Assembly: GCA_973895155.1 (NCBI GenBank)
Contig: OZ316891.1
Coordinates: 7,619,808 to 7,683,807, forward strand
Length of the DNA stretch: 64,000 nt
DNA from: Marsupella aquatica
Taxonomy: Eukaryota; Plantae; Marchantiophyta
Direction: 5' to 3'
A model generated the notes under the pieces. It searched no databases. It had not been told where the DNA came from and worked only from the letters and a program-made list of their open reading frames with translations. Position numbers and translations under genes: made by a program. Of the stretch, positions 48,702-61,300 are shown piece after piece (within the stretch, counting starts at the first letter, position 1; every line of letters starts with the position of its first letter).

Positions 48702-51446
48702 GTGTGTATAGTGATGGCTCCAAGGTTGCCTCTTCACAACCCATTTAGGATTAGGCATCATGATTCTAAATTGTGGATGCGTGAACAAGCCCGGGCCGCC
48801 CAAGGTAGGAGTAGGAGGATGAGATGCCCATGCACACAGTGCCAAGGATTCAAGTTGTTGAGTTTGAACACTGTGCACCTTCACCTGCTGCGGCATGAAA
48901 GGCACCCTCGGTGGAGGGTTTGGAATGTACCAGCAGAAGAAGACTCCTCTGATGAAGAGTGGAGAGCTGACTTTGTGGATTCTAATACAGCTAGGCGTAG
49001 AGACTACGTAGAGCAGGACATAGACTGTGCAGAGGATGGTCCTGGGGTCCAACATGAGAACGTGGATGACCAAGATGGAGATGCAGAGGCAGTCACTGAG
49101 GACGGTGGGATGGATGTCCCAAGAATGGTTCAAGAGATTTTTGAAGACCTTGATGCTTTTTACGACACAGTGGAATCAGAAGAGGACAATGAACCGCAGC
49201 CACACATTGGCGACGGCCAAGCTGAACCTGACTTTGACATTGGGGAAGGTGCAACAGAGAGGGAGTGGGTGTTTGGGGGCCCAAAACACATCAAAGAAGC
49301 TTGCATTCCTATCTACGAGGGGTCGAACTGCTCCAAGCTGGGTTTTGTCATGTTGTTGTTGAACATCTGTGGCAATCACAATGTTCCCAATATATTTGTG
49401 ACAGAGTTGTTGACCTTCCTGCGCCGAAATGTGTTACCAGATGGTAATTCAATTCCAAAAAATATGTACGAGGCTAGGAAATTGATGTCTAACCTTGGGC
49501 TGAACTATGTGTCTATTGACGCATGCCCTGATGGGTGTGTTCTCTTTCGCAAAGAGCATGCAGATAAATTGACATGCCCTCATTGTGGTAAGCACAGGTA
49601 CAAGAATGTAGGGAAATGTACACACCCTGCCAAGGTTCTTCGTCATTTTCCTCTCATTCCTAGACTACAACGTCTGTTTAGATGCCCTGCCATTTCCAAG
49701 CTGATGACATGGACTCCTGATAACAAGAGCAGTGATGGCCTGTAGTGTCACATTGGAGATTCCAACCATTGGAAATTTGTTGATGAGAGGTGGCCACAGT
49801 TTGCTGTAGAGAAGCGGAACTTTCGATTTGGTCTATCACTAGATGGAGTAAACCCATTTGGAGACAAAAACAACCGTTATTCATGTTGGCCGGTTACGCT
49901 GCTAAATTACAACCTTCCCCCATGGATGACTACAAAGATGATGGTGCTGTTAATCCCTGGACCAGCTTCTGTGACCAAGCAATTCATAGATATCATGTTG
50001 GCTCCAGCAGTGGAAGAGTGGAAGACTTTGTGGATAGAAGGGGTGTTAACCCATGATGTTCTGAAGGGGCTTCTTCGACCCAGCCCCTTTAGACTGCATG
50101 CAATTTGTTTGCTGGATATAGCAGATTACCCAGGCCATGGCATCATATCTGGACGAGTGACAAAGGGCTATGTGGGGTGCACACCATGTGGGAAAAATGT
50201 GACAAGTGAGTGGTCGCATGCCCTGCATAGTATGAAATTTCAGGGGCATAGAAGGTATCTGCCTGTTGATCATCCTTACAGGCACACACGGTCTCAAATT
50301 GCACACTTCAACAACAAAACAGAGCTTCGTGGCCCACCACAGAGGGTCACCAGAGAGCAAGTCCTGAGGTGGGCAGCCAGGAAGGCTGATTGGGACAAGA
50401 GAAGTGCCATTGATCGAGAACCTGAGGATCCAGTGGTGAAACACGGTATGAAAAGACAGACCTTGATGGACTTGGAGTTGGAGTACTGGAGGGTAATGTA
50501 CTTAGCCTCCAGCCCCTGTATGATTGCAATTTTAGATTGGAGCAATGGTGGATTGATGTTGGTTACAATCCTCCTATGTGGTTAATTAGTGTTTCTGTTG
50601 TTGAATTCTTTGCTTTGTGGAGTGCAGGAATTCGAGCCCAGCAAACACAATGTGGACGTCATGCACATTGAGAAAAATATTTGTGAGAGCTTGCTGAAGT
50701 TCTTGTCGGGTGAGAAAGATACAGGAGCAGTTCGAGCTGATATGCAACAGAAGGGGATTCGCCCTCACCTTTGGTTGAAGCCCCATGCAAGCAATCCCAA
50801 TGTACTTCTCAAGTTCCAAGCTCCCTATGTGTGCACACAGGATGAATGGAAGACATTCTTGTATAGATTGAGCTGTCTGAAAGTGCCCTCTGGCTATGCT
50901 GGTGCCTTCAAGAAGCATATTACAAAGAATAAACTTGGCAGTATGAAAACACATGACTACCATGTGTTGATGTAGCACATTCTGCCCCTATGCCTCAGAG
51001 GTCTCATGCAGAAACCAGTCCGTAATGTCATTCTTCGACTGTGCAATGTATTTCGCCGTATATGTGTGAAAGTGTGGGATCCCCAAGGATTGGAGCAGTT
51101 GAAGCAGGATGCTGCTTATGTCCTCTATGACTTGGAGATATACTTCCCCCCTGCTTTCTTTGATGTTATGACTCATCTCCTAATCCATGTGGTAGAAGAG
51201 CTAGGGCAGTATGGGCCAGTCAGTACCAGATGGATGTACCCTATGGAGCGATACATGAAGTTGTTGAAAGGTCATGTGAGAACATACTACAGGCCAGAGG
51301 CTTCCATGGCATTGGGGTACATTAAGGATGAGACGTTGGGATTCCTAACAGAGTACATGGCTGGGTCTGGTGAAGCTATGACAAGAGTTTGGAAATCTGG
51401 TGAAGATGATGGAGTGAGTGGCGAGGTTGTTGAAGGTGTGGGACGT
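48702..51446 (+). pseudogene. CACTA transposase (TnpD/Transposase_21 with transposase-associated N-terminal domain and DUF4218)
   Basis: MRCPCTQC..HL; IDACPDGCVLF..CPHCG; LRHFPLIPRLQRLF; DVMHIEKNICES; KTHDYHVLM; FPPAFFDVMTHL..GPV..RWMYPMERY; likely intron 50493-50627; internal stops. Confidence 0.95.
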
Positions 51447-54400
51447 TGTGATGCCTAGACAGGAATCACTCGGCCGGTTAAGTGGGTAAAGCAGGAAGGC
51501 ACCCTAGGAACACCTTAGTATAGGGACAAAACAAGGAAAATATAAACAATTAGGGGCAACCATGGAACCCGGGCAGAGGCCGGAGGTAAGGCTGAGGGTG
51601 AAAACCCGATTAGGGTTAGGGCGCGTTAAGCGTCGGCGGCTAGGAAGGATCAACGGGAAGAAGGACCGGCAGAGGAGAGGGGTAAGGAGCGCTTGCAGGA
51701 GATGGTGGCTCATTTGCGAGCACGAACTAGGCAGACAACTACGGGAGGCCAACTACTGTCAGCTGCTTAGGCAAGCACTCGGGGAGAGAGTAGATACCGA
51801 CGATCGACCTAAGGAGGGTATGAGCAACGTCAATCAAGCGACACATTTCTGGGGATGCCTGTTCGAACGGGCAACTGAGTACATCAAGACTTACGAGGAC
51901 GAGGAGTCAGAAAGGGCAGCTCGAGAACGGCAGGAGCTCGCTCGATTGTGGGAGCTGCAGAAGACGGCTTTCTTAGGAGGCGAACTCATCAAGGATGAGT
52001 TCCTGTGGACGCCTACTTCCAATCAACTCGACGATCTTCTGTTTTGCAAAGACAGCGTCGTCGGCATCCGAGAGGCCATCAAGAACTGCAACGACATACA
52101 CTCGGAATTAAAGGGTAGCACGGAAAGGTGGACCCAGGCAACGGTGCTAGGAGAAACCTCCACGGCAGCAGAGATGAAGAGGAAGGGGGCCGTCAACGAT
52201 GAAGCCACCCCGGCAAAAAGAACGAGGTCGGCGGCACCAAAGAGGCCAGCCGAGCAGCAGAGCAAGAGGCAGGGAGAAGCCGAAGAGGAGGAGGTCGATC
52301 CCATCAAGGCCATTCCAACCAGGGATGACACCTGGAAGGGCTGGGCGGCAACCCTACCGGTGGAGGTGCAACTACATTTTGCACGGGAGGAGGATGCATG
52401 CTTTACGGCCATGCAGACCAAGAAGTACCAAGGCTTCATGGCCGGATCCGGCTTGGAGGCCTTTGTAAGATTACCATGGCTGAAGCCGGAGGTACCGGAG
52501 TCAGACCTATTAGAATTCGTGGGGTCATGGGAACCCGAGACCAATTGCACGAGGATATATGGGAAGGATTTCTATCTTACTCCCAAGGTAATTGCCGAAG
52601 TGTTTGGCTTGCCGATAGGCAATAAGACCAAAGTTGATACCAGGAAGACCCTGCCTGACAAGGAGTTCCGGTCGTTCCCCGGGCCATCAACGAAGAATGG
52701 CTTCTTTCGGAACACCTGCACCAACCCGCACATAGGAGAGATGATCGACTTCTTGCGGGTGACCATGCATTGTAACTTGCCGAGGGCAGAGATCGGCAAG
52801 GCACAGGTCTATCTGGCAGAAAGGCCAGACCCAAGCCGGGACTACAACGGGTACCTCCTCAACCAATTGAAGAAGATCTTAAAGGAGGAGTAGCAGGTAA
52901 TCGGCATGGGGAGCGTGTCGCGGCTTGGCTATCACATGCCGCTGTTGTGCCGGTATGCCAGAGGTCAGACTTTTGCCCCGGTACTTCCCCTGCAGGTAAG
53001 GGCACCCGAGGAAGCTCCAACGCCGAGGCCGTTGGCTGAGAAGCCTCAACCACCTGTTAGTCCTACGATCGAGCAGGTGTTTAGGCCCAGGAAGGAAGAC
53101 TTGCCGATGCAGCAACCAGGCATGCAGAGTCTGCTGAAACTACTGGAGAAAGAAAAGAAATCAGCATCGGCAACAACAACGGCAACGGCAACAATGCAGG
53201 ACACTACTACAGAGGTAGGCCTACACCGGCTCACAAGAGAAAACCCCTTTGCTGGAGTCAAGGAGAGAATCAGGCCGGAATCCAAGCCAGGTGTTCGAAT
53301 GTACGTGGGAACCTCAAGCTCCGAATCTGAGGCAGAATTGCCTGAAGCTCCTACCGACAAAGAGGAGAGAGAGAAGCCGGACATCCAAGAGGTAGAGGAG
53401 GCAGTGGAGGACTGCAGCCATGATAATTCCGGCTATGGGTCGGACCATCACGTTCCAGGAGTAAGGACCTGTGGCCGGTTTGTCCCCACACTTCCAAGGG
53501 TAGTGCGAGGGGACCCCAACCAGCAGAGTAGCCCTGAGTCTCCCCCACCAGATGTTGCTCCCCCGAGCTTCGACGGCATAAAACAGACGGTGCAGGAATT
53601 TCAGGAGCGAATCAAGCAGGAGGAAGAGGCCGCCCTGGCTAAGGAAAAGGATTTACCAGGAGGAGATTGGCCGGAGGACATCAGGCGGCTAGCCGAAAAA
53701 GGAAGCAAACCTCTAGCCACGATTGAAGAGATCCGCAAGACGGCTTGGGAGCAGAGGCCACGATGGGCGATGCCGATCACTTCTACTTACTCCACCTACG
53801 CTAAGAATAGAGCCATGGAGTATGGTGAGATGTGTGGGGAACTTGCGCTCGGCATCTTTGGAGAGGAGTTGGAGGTAGGACCCTTTTTCCATAGGGAGCA
53901 GTTGGAGAAGCACCAATTAGAAGAAGCGGTGGCTTTAGAGAGAAGCAAGAAGGACGAGGTCATTCAGCGGCTTAGGAGGATGGAAGCCGAGATTGAAGAT
54001 CTAAGGGCGGCCAAGAAAGCCCAAGATGAACTGCGGATTAAACGACATGAGCTGAACATCATGCAGGGGCAGTTGGACACCGCGCAGGCTGATAATCAGA
54101 ATATCAAGGATAAACTGACTCAGACGCAGGAAGAGTTGGCCGACACGATCAAAGAGAGGGAGAAGTGGAAGCAAGAGCTGAAGAATACAGAGGAGGCCCA
54201 CATAACAGCCAACAGCCGGGCCATGGCGGAGACCCAAAGAAAGGAATGGGCGTTGAAAGGGGAGCTCAAGAAAATCCGCGGAGCCCTTGAGCAGAAGGAG
54301 GCCGAGTTAGGGAAATCCTATCAAGGGATTATGGCGCTGCAGCAGGAGCTTGCGTCCCTGACGGCCAGCTTCAAGGCCGACCTAAGGGAGAAGGACGAGA

Positions 54401-55818
54401 TGCTCGAACAGACTTACGCCAAGATGAACCAGATGGAGTCTGTCATCATTGCAGAGCTCGACAAGGAGCTAAGAGCAACCCGGGAGGAGAGGGCTACCTT
54501 GAAGAAGGAATTGGAGGAAGCCCACAGGGAGCAGGAGGAGGCCAAAAACGAGCTGGAGGGGGCACGTAAGGACCTGGATGAAACCCAAGAGGAGTTGGAG
54601 GAAATCACGAGGAAGATGGAGAACCTACAGCGGCGGGCCGACAACCAAACAGAGCGGCTGAAGAAACAAGCCGCAGTATTTAAATGCTTAGCTGCAGCAG
54701 GTCCATCTCCCGTTGGGACAAACCAGTTACCAGGGGTGGTAATTGCCGAAGGACAAGCCGCGCCACCTGCACCAGTGCCGGAAGTAAGTGGGAAGGGGAA
54801 GGGACCAGCTGCCGAGCCACCAACGAAGAAGAAGCGGAAACCTTCAGGGTCAAGGAGTAATACGACTTCACAGGCCGTGGTGATCAAGGAGGTAGACCCA
54901 GCACCGACCCCAGACAGGGTCACGGCTAAGGATCCAACTACCCTAGGGGAAGGGGAGGCCGAAGCCGAGGGAGTGGCTGAAGCCAAAGCCGTGGGTATTG
55001 CCGAGGCCGGTGTCGAGGCTGAAGCCGAAGGTGGACCCAGTCAGGCCGAGGGAGAGTTGACTCGGTCAAGGGCAGGTAATCTGTCAGTAGGCGGGCCAAC
55101 GGCAGTGGCTGAGGAGGAAGTGTTGGGGGCGTCCATTGAGGATCCACCACCGGTGTCGTGACGGTGCAAGGGCGCCGTTCCTTTTAGGGAGGGCGGACGT
55201 GGAGGGAGGAGGCGTGAGTGGGCAGGGCGGGCGCGGATCTCCACGTTTAGGATTAGGATTAGAACCAGGAGCGGCCCTGACACTTAGCTTAGTGGGATTG
55301 CGGTTCCACTGGTAGGAGCAACACTTGTGCTCCTGCCTTGCTGTACATAGGTAGATTCGGGCAAGTAGATTACTGTCAGGTAGATTAGGCTTACGCTGCA
55401 AAGAATGGCGGATCCACTACCAGGATAAGTACCTGGGCAGCGGGGAGCTCAGGGCCTCTTCTTTAGCAAGTTTTTAGTTTGCACCAGCCGGGCTGGGATC
55501 AAGTAGTACGAGAAGCTCTCGGTTAGTCATACAGTGACCCTTGTGTATATTCATGTTTCCTCATGCCTAAGAGCTGAATAGAGTTGGCCTCACGGCTTAG
55601 TTCGCAGAACTTGTGTATGAGATGTACTGTTTGTATGGCAAGTGCATGGTATGACTCAGTCAGAATGAGTCATTTTGCTATTTGTGTGTCGCATTAACTT
55701 GTGTGAAGAGTGCCCACATCAACAGAAGGAAGGAAAGTAAGCAGGGGAGTGAGAGTTGGATGTGTCGAGCTGAGAGAGGTCTTAGCGGCTTAACCAAGCC
55801 TATTGGGGATCATTCCGG
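51447..55818 (+). mobile_element. Family A copy A5 (5' end intact, last ~250 bp lost)
   Basis: tgtgatgcctagacaggaatcac at 51447, inserted into the CACTA transposase; colinear with A3. Confidence 0.92.
51562..55161 (+). CDS. Family A protein (~1200 aa): PMD-like domain plus long coiled coil; single in-frame TAG at 52891
   Basis: The 443-aa and 751-aa ORFs share a frame and other copies have a Gln codon at the stop; DLLEFVGSWEPETN..FYLTPKVIAEVFGLPIG motif; heptad-rich C-terminal half. Confidence 0.8.
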
Positions 55819-55821
55819 GGA

Positions 55822-58344
55822 GGTCCCTGCTCCAATTCCTCCCCAAAGATGTTGAGCGCAAGTTCTCCACACATCTCCCCATACTCCATGGCTCTTTCTT
55901 TAGCATAGGTGGAGTGAGTAGTAGTCATCGGCATCACCCACCGCGGCCTTTGTTCCCAAGCCGCCTTCCTTATTTCTTCTATCGTGGCTGGGGGGCTACC
56001 CCGTCTTTCTGCAAGCCGCCCGATGTCCTCTAGCCATTCTCCCCCAGGTAAATCCTTCTCCCTAGCCAAGGCTGTCTCCTCTGCTTCCTTGAGTTGCTCT
56101 TGAAACTCTTGTGCCGTCTATTTTATCCTGTCAAAGCTCAGGGGAGCGACATCTGGTGGGGGAGACTCCGGGCTGCTCTACTGGGTGGGTCCCCTTGAAC
56201 TACTCTCAGAAGCATGGGGATGAAACGGCCATAGGTCCTTACTCTTGGGACATGATGATCCGACCCGTAGCCGGAGTCATTATTGCTGTAGTCCTCCACC
56301 ACCTCCTCCCCGGCTTGGACTACCGATTCCCCTACTGCTCTCCTTGTCTTGCTGTGAATACGGCCTCCTGCCGATCATAACTCACAGGTCCTAGTTCCTC
56401 CTCTGGCTTCCAGGCTGTCTTCTCCCTCTATTTACCGTGAATAGGAGCTTTAGGCTGCTCTTCCTCGGCTTTGGGACTCAAGGCTCCTACATACATTCGA
56501 ACCCCCGGCTCGTGTTCTGGCCTCCTTCTTTCCTTGGCTCTGGTAAAGGGTTTTCCCTCATGAGTCAGTTTAGGCCAACTTCTCGGGCAGTGTCCTGTAT
56601 TGGTGTCGTTGCCGTTGCCGTTGTCATCCTCTTCTCCTTCTCTAACAATTTCAACAGATTCTGCATGCCTGGTTGCTGCATTGGCAAGTCTTCCATCCTT
56701 GGCCTAAGCACCTGCTCGATCATAGGACTGTTGGGCTGGCTGGGTTTCTCTGCTGCCGGCCTCTATTTTGGAACCTCCTCTGGTGCCCTTGCCTGTAGGG
56801 AAAGTACCGGGGCAAAGATCTGACTCCGGGCATACCGGCACAACAACGACATGTGATAGCCAAACCGGGACACGCTTCCCTTGCCGATCACATACTATTT
56901 CTCCTTCAAGATCTTCTTCAGTTGGGTGAGGAGGTACCTGTTGTAATCCTGGCTTGGGTCTGGCCTCTCCGCCAGGTAGATCTGTGCCTTGCCAATCTCT
57001 GGCCTCGGCAAGTTACAATGCATGGTTACCCGCAAGAAATCAATCATCTCTGTGATGTGCGGGTTGGTGCAGGTGTTCCAAAAGAAGCCATTCTTTGTTG
57101 ATGGCCCTGGGAACGACCGGAACTCCTTGTCAGGCAAGGTCTTCCTGGTCTCAACTTTGGTCTTATTGCCTATTGGCAAGCCAAACGCTTCGGCAATCAC
57201 CCGGGGAGTGAAATAGAAATCCTTCCCATACACCCTTGTGGAATTGGTCTCGGGCTCCCATGATCCCACAAATTCTAATAAGTCTGAATCTGGCACCTTT
57301 GCTTCAGCCATGGTAATTTCACAAAGGCTTCCAAGCCGGATCCGGCCATGAAGCCTTGGTACTTCCAAGTCTGCATAGCCGTAAAGCATGCCTCCTCCTC
57401 ACGTGCAAAGTGTAATTGCACTTCCTTGGGGAGGGTCGCCACCCAACCTTTCTAGGTGTCATCCCTGGTTGGAACGACATTGATGGGGTTGACCTCCTCT
57501 TCTTTGGCTTCTTCCTGCCTCCTGCTTCCTTGCTTGGTTGGCTTCCTTGGTGCCGCCGACCTTGTTCTTTTTGCAGGGGTGGCCTCTTTGTTGTTGGCCC
57601 CTTTCCTCTTCATAGCGGCCGCCGTGGATGTTTCTTCGAGCACGGTTGCCTTAATCCACCCCTCCGTGATACCCTTCAACTCCCAATGTATGTCATTGTA
57701 GCGATTGATTGCTTCCCGGATGCCGACGATTCTGTTCTTGCAAAATAGAAGGTCGTCTAGCTCGTCGCCAGTAGGTGTCCACAGGAATTCAGCTTTGATG
57801 AGTTCTCCTCCTAAGAAGGCAAACTTCTATAGCTCCCACAGTAGAGCGAGCTCCTACCGTTCTTGAGCTGCTCTTTCTGATTCTTCATCCTCGTAGGTCC
57901 CAATGTCCTCAGTTGCCCGTTCCAACAGGCATCCCCAAAAATGAGCAGCTTGATTGACGTTGCCCATACCCTTCTTGAGTTGATAGTCGGTATCTGCTCC
58001 CGCCCAGAGTGTTTGCCTAAGCAACTGACAGTTGTTGGCTTCACGTAGTTGTCTGCTTAGTTTGTGCTTGCAAAATGAGCCACCATTCCTTGCGATCGGT
58101 CCTTACCCCCTCCTGCCTGATCTTCCTTCCCGTTGGTTACCCATAGCCGCCAGCACTTAGCGTGCCCTAACCCTAATCGTGTTCCTTCCCCCGACGTCCT
58201 TACTTCCAGCCTCGACTTGGGTTCCATAGTCACCCTTAATTGTTTATATTTTCCTTGTTCTTGTTACTATACTAATGTGTTTCCCAGGTACACTCCTGAT
58301 TTTACCATTTAAACTGGCCTAGGGATTCTTGGCTAGGCATCAGA
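55822..58344 (-). mobile_element. Family A copy A6, 5' half
   Basis: Ends ggctaggcatcaga (terminus with one substitution); colinear with A3 24875-27381. Confidence 0.88.
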
Positions 58345-61300
58345 GTCTCTAACTTGTCCCCAAAGATGTCAAGGGCGAGTAGCCCGCACATCCTCCCATA
58401 TTCCAGGGCTGTGGAACGTGCATAGGCGGAGTGGTTAGGAGATGTCGGCATCTCCCAACGTGGCCTTCTTTCCCAAGCCGCCCTTCGTATCTCCTCAAAC
58501 GTGGGCAAAGGCCCGGCTTGAGTCCTTGCCAGTTGCCAAATGTCCTCCGGCCATTCATCGCCTGGCAAGTCCTTCTCCTTGGCCAGGGTTGCTTTCTCCA
58601 GGTCACTGAATTGCTACTGCAACTCGTGATTGGCCTGTTGTCTTCCGTCAAAAATTGGTGGAGGTGCGTCGTGTGGGGGAGACTCCGGGCTCCCCTACTG
58701 TTGTGAATCCCCACGCACCACTCTTGGTAGTCTGGGGATAAAACAGCCACAGGTCTGCACCCCTGGTACTGAGCGATCCGACCCATAACCCAAGTATTCC
58801 TCCACATATTCCCCGGCCTTCGGGCGTCCTGGTGCCTGCTTGTCCTCTCTAGGACTAGTTGTAAACCCGGCCTCCTGCCGGGGATTATACATGCGTGTGG
58901 CTTGCCCTTCCGGCTCCTGCACCTGACTTCCGCACTCCTTTTCACGACTGGGAACCCTGGGTCCTAGTTCCTCTGATTCTTCACTAGAGGCTCCTACATA
59001 CATCCGCACCCCTGGGTTGTTTTCTAGCTTGCTTCTTTTTATGGCCCCGACCATGGGTTCTCCTCTAGCGGTTCTTCTGGTGCCCGCTACTGCTGCCTCT
59101 AGTGCTAGAGCCGCCTTCTCCTTGTTCAGTATGTGCAGGAGGCTTTGCATGGCTGATTGTTGCATCGGCCCGGCTTTCGGCACCTGTCAAAAGACCTGAG
59201 CTATCGTGGGGCTGTCGGGCGGGTCGAGTTGCTTTGCTGCCAACCTCAATTCTGATTCCTTGTCTGGCGCTCTAGCCTATAGGGGAAGGATCGGGGCAAA
59301 GATTTGACTCCAGGCATACCGGCATAACAACGGCATGTGATAACCAAGCCGGGACACGCTCCCTTGGCTAATCACCTGCTGTTCCTCCCTTAATATCTTT
59401 CTGAGTTGGTTGAGGAGGTACCCATTGTTATCCCGGCTTGGGTCTGGTCTCTCTACCAGGTAAACCCGTGCCTTGCCAATCTCCGGCCTTGGCCAGTTGC
59501 AATACATTGTTACCCGCTGTGACGCCGCTAGCACGACGGTTAATGATTGATTTGGCCTAGCCGTGCTTAGCACGCTCGTTAGAGGCACCGTAGGCCGTAG
59601 TTATTAGCATAACAACACTAAGTAGGTAGTAATTATGACTAGGGAATTAATAAGGGGCATTTACGTTTGGGGTGGCGGCTGAGCGCCATTTGTACTCCCG
59701 GGTTACGAGCGTGTAAGGGGACACTTCGGGTTTGTATAACAAAATTCTCAAAGGCGGCCGCTGACACGCTCTGAACCGGACCCACGAGTGGCCAGTACAG
59801 TTGGAGCGTGAAAAGCTCAGCCTATGGGAAGAGAGGAGGGGCCGGTCGGACGATGAGCCCTCAGAGTATAAAATGAGGGCCATTCTCTTGCATTACACTC
59901 ACACCCCATTATGCGCGCCAGCTTTGACCTCAGCCACTTCGTCCCTCCTTAGTCGCCCACCGTCACTCCTAGATGTCTGTCACAATATTGTCCAGTTTGG
60001 CCCTTCAATTTTGGTTGCAATTCCTATCCGTAGGAAGTCACTTAGCCAAGTCCTTAGCCGCAGTCAACCCGTGTCGATACGAGACCGAACGAGCTTACGA
60101 GAGAGCTATTCATTTAGCCGGCGGAAATCACTATAACCACGACTTTGCTCTCCCTTTTTAGAGTGAGCTTTGCCAAGTCAACAAAATTAGCAAATACTTC
60201 TTTGTTGATGTGAAGTACGTCGGATTTTGGGAAGCCCTTCTTTGGCTTTCGGACAAGGTTTACCATCTCCCGGGCACAATAGACTTGCAACCACACCATT
60301 ACAACCATATCCCCGCCCGGGTTCAAGCCTCCATCGACTGTCAATTCGGCCTTGCTCAAACAAGTGAGACTCCTATCCTAACATCACTTGACTTCCCCAG
60401 GAACTACCTGAATCTAATGACCCCTCCCCTAGCTGCAACTGGTGCCCACCAATCCGTGTCCACACCAACACAACCTCGGCCTCAGCCAAGCCGATCCCCA
60501 CCACCGGTCGCACCACCTCTCTAAGTACAATCCGTGGTGAATGCGGTGAATATTAGCTCCGAAGACGAGGAAGCTCACCCTCCTCTGAATCGATGACCGC
60601 AAGGTACGACTCAACAGGCGCCAAGCAACCCGGTGCCACTCCAGCAAGCCCGAGGGGATAACACGGTGACTCTGGCGGCCCCGGCACCAATACTCACGAA
60701 AGTGTCGCTACCACCGCCTGACCGGGAGGAAGGAGAGATGTCCCCCTCTTCTAGTCACCCCGGGAATCAGTCTCGGGGTAGAAAGAGAAAGGAACCCGCA
60801 GCTATATCGGGGTTGCCTTTGGCCACGGTTGCGGTGGCCAAGCTGATCATGCATTGCATGGGGGAGAATGTTCACAAGAACATCCTCCACCCCAAGCATG
60901 CATGCTATCTGAAGACCCAAGGGTTTGAGCACCTTGCCTCTCTCCCGTGGAATGGAAGCAGGTACTATGGGCAGGATATGACGGAGTTCATCCAGAACTT
61001 TGACGAGGCCCGCCAACAAACCCGAGCACACAAGAGAGTGATGTGTCTCAATGAGGCACGTTTGAAGATGATTTTTGGCCTACCCGAGGGGATAAACCGA
61101 GTAGAGTCGCAGGATCCTGGGGGCAAAGGAGCTAAATACCAATCTTCTAGCTTCCCGACCGAGGGAGCCTCATCCCGGAGGTAGCTGAACACCTGGAGTT
61201 CCATCGGTATGCCCTCCATATGATGGAACCACGGGGCAAAATATCCGCCGCCCAGGTCATACAAGTAGAGAACTTTCGGCCTAGGAAGTGGGCGTCCTTC

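Larger units (their letters stand above)
40661..51446 (+). mobile_element. CACTA/En-Spm element (left end to transposase; interrupted by family A at 51447)
   Basis: cactagtagaaa terminus at 40661 interrupts the Harbinger ORF; CACTA transposase lies downstream; right TIR not seen, so continuity is inferred. Confidence 0.75.

Noticed and set aside
51610-51621. TTAGGG dimers as interstitial telomere
   Set aside because: Only two units, fixed within the element; treated as a motif, not a telomeric array.
54414-54986. Long antisense ORFs opposite A/B/C proteins
   Set aside because: Shadow frames of GC-rich or low-complexity coding sequence with no independent motifs.
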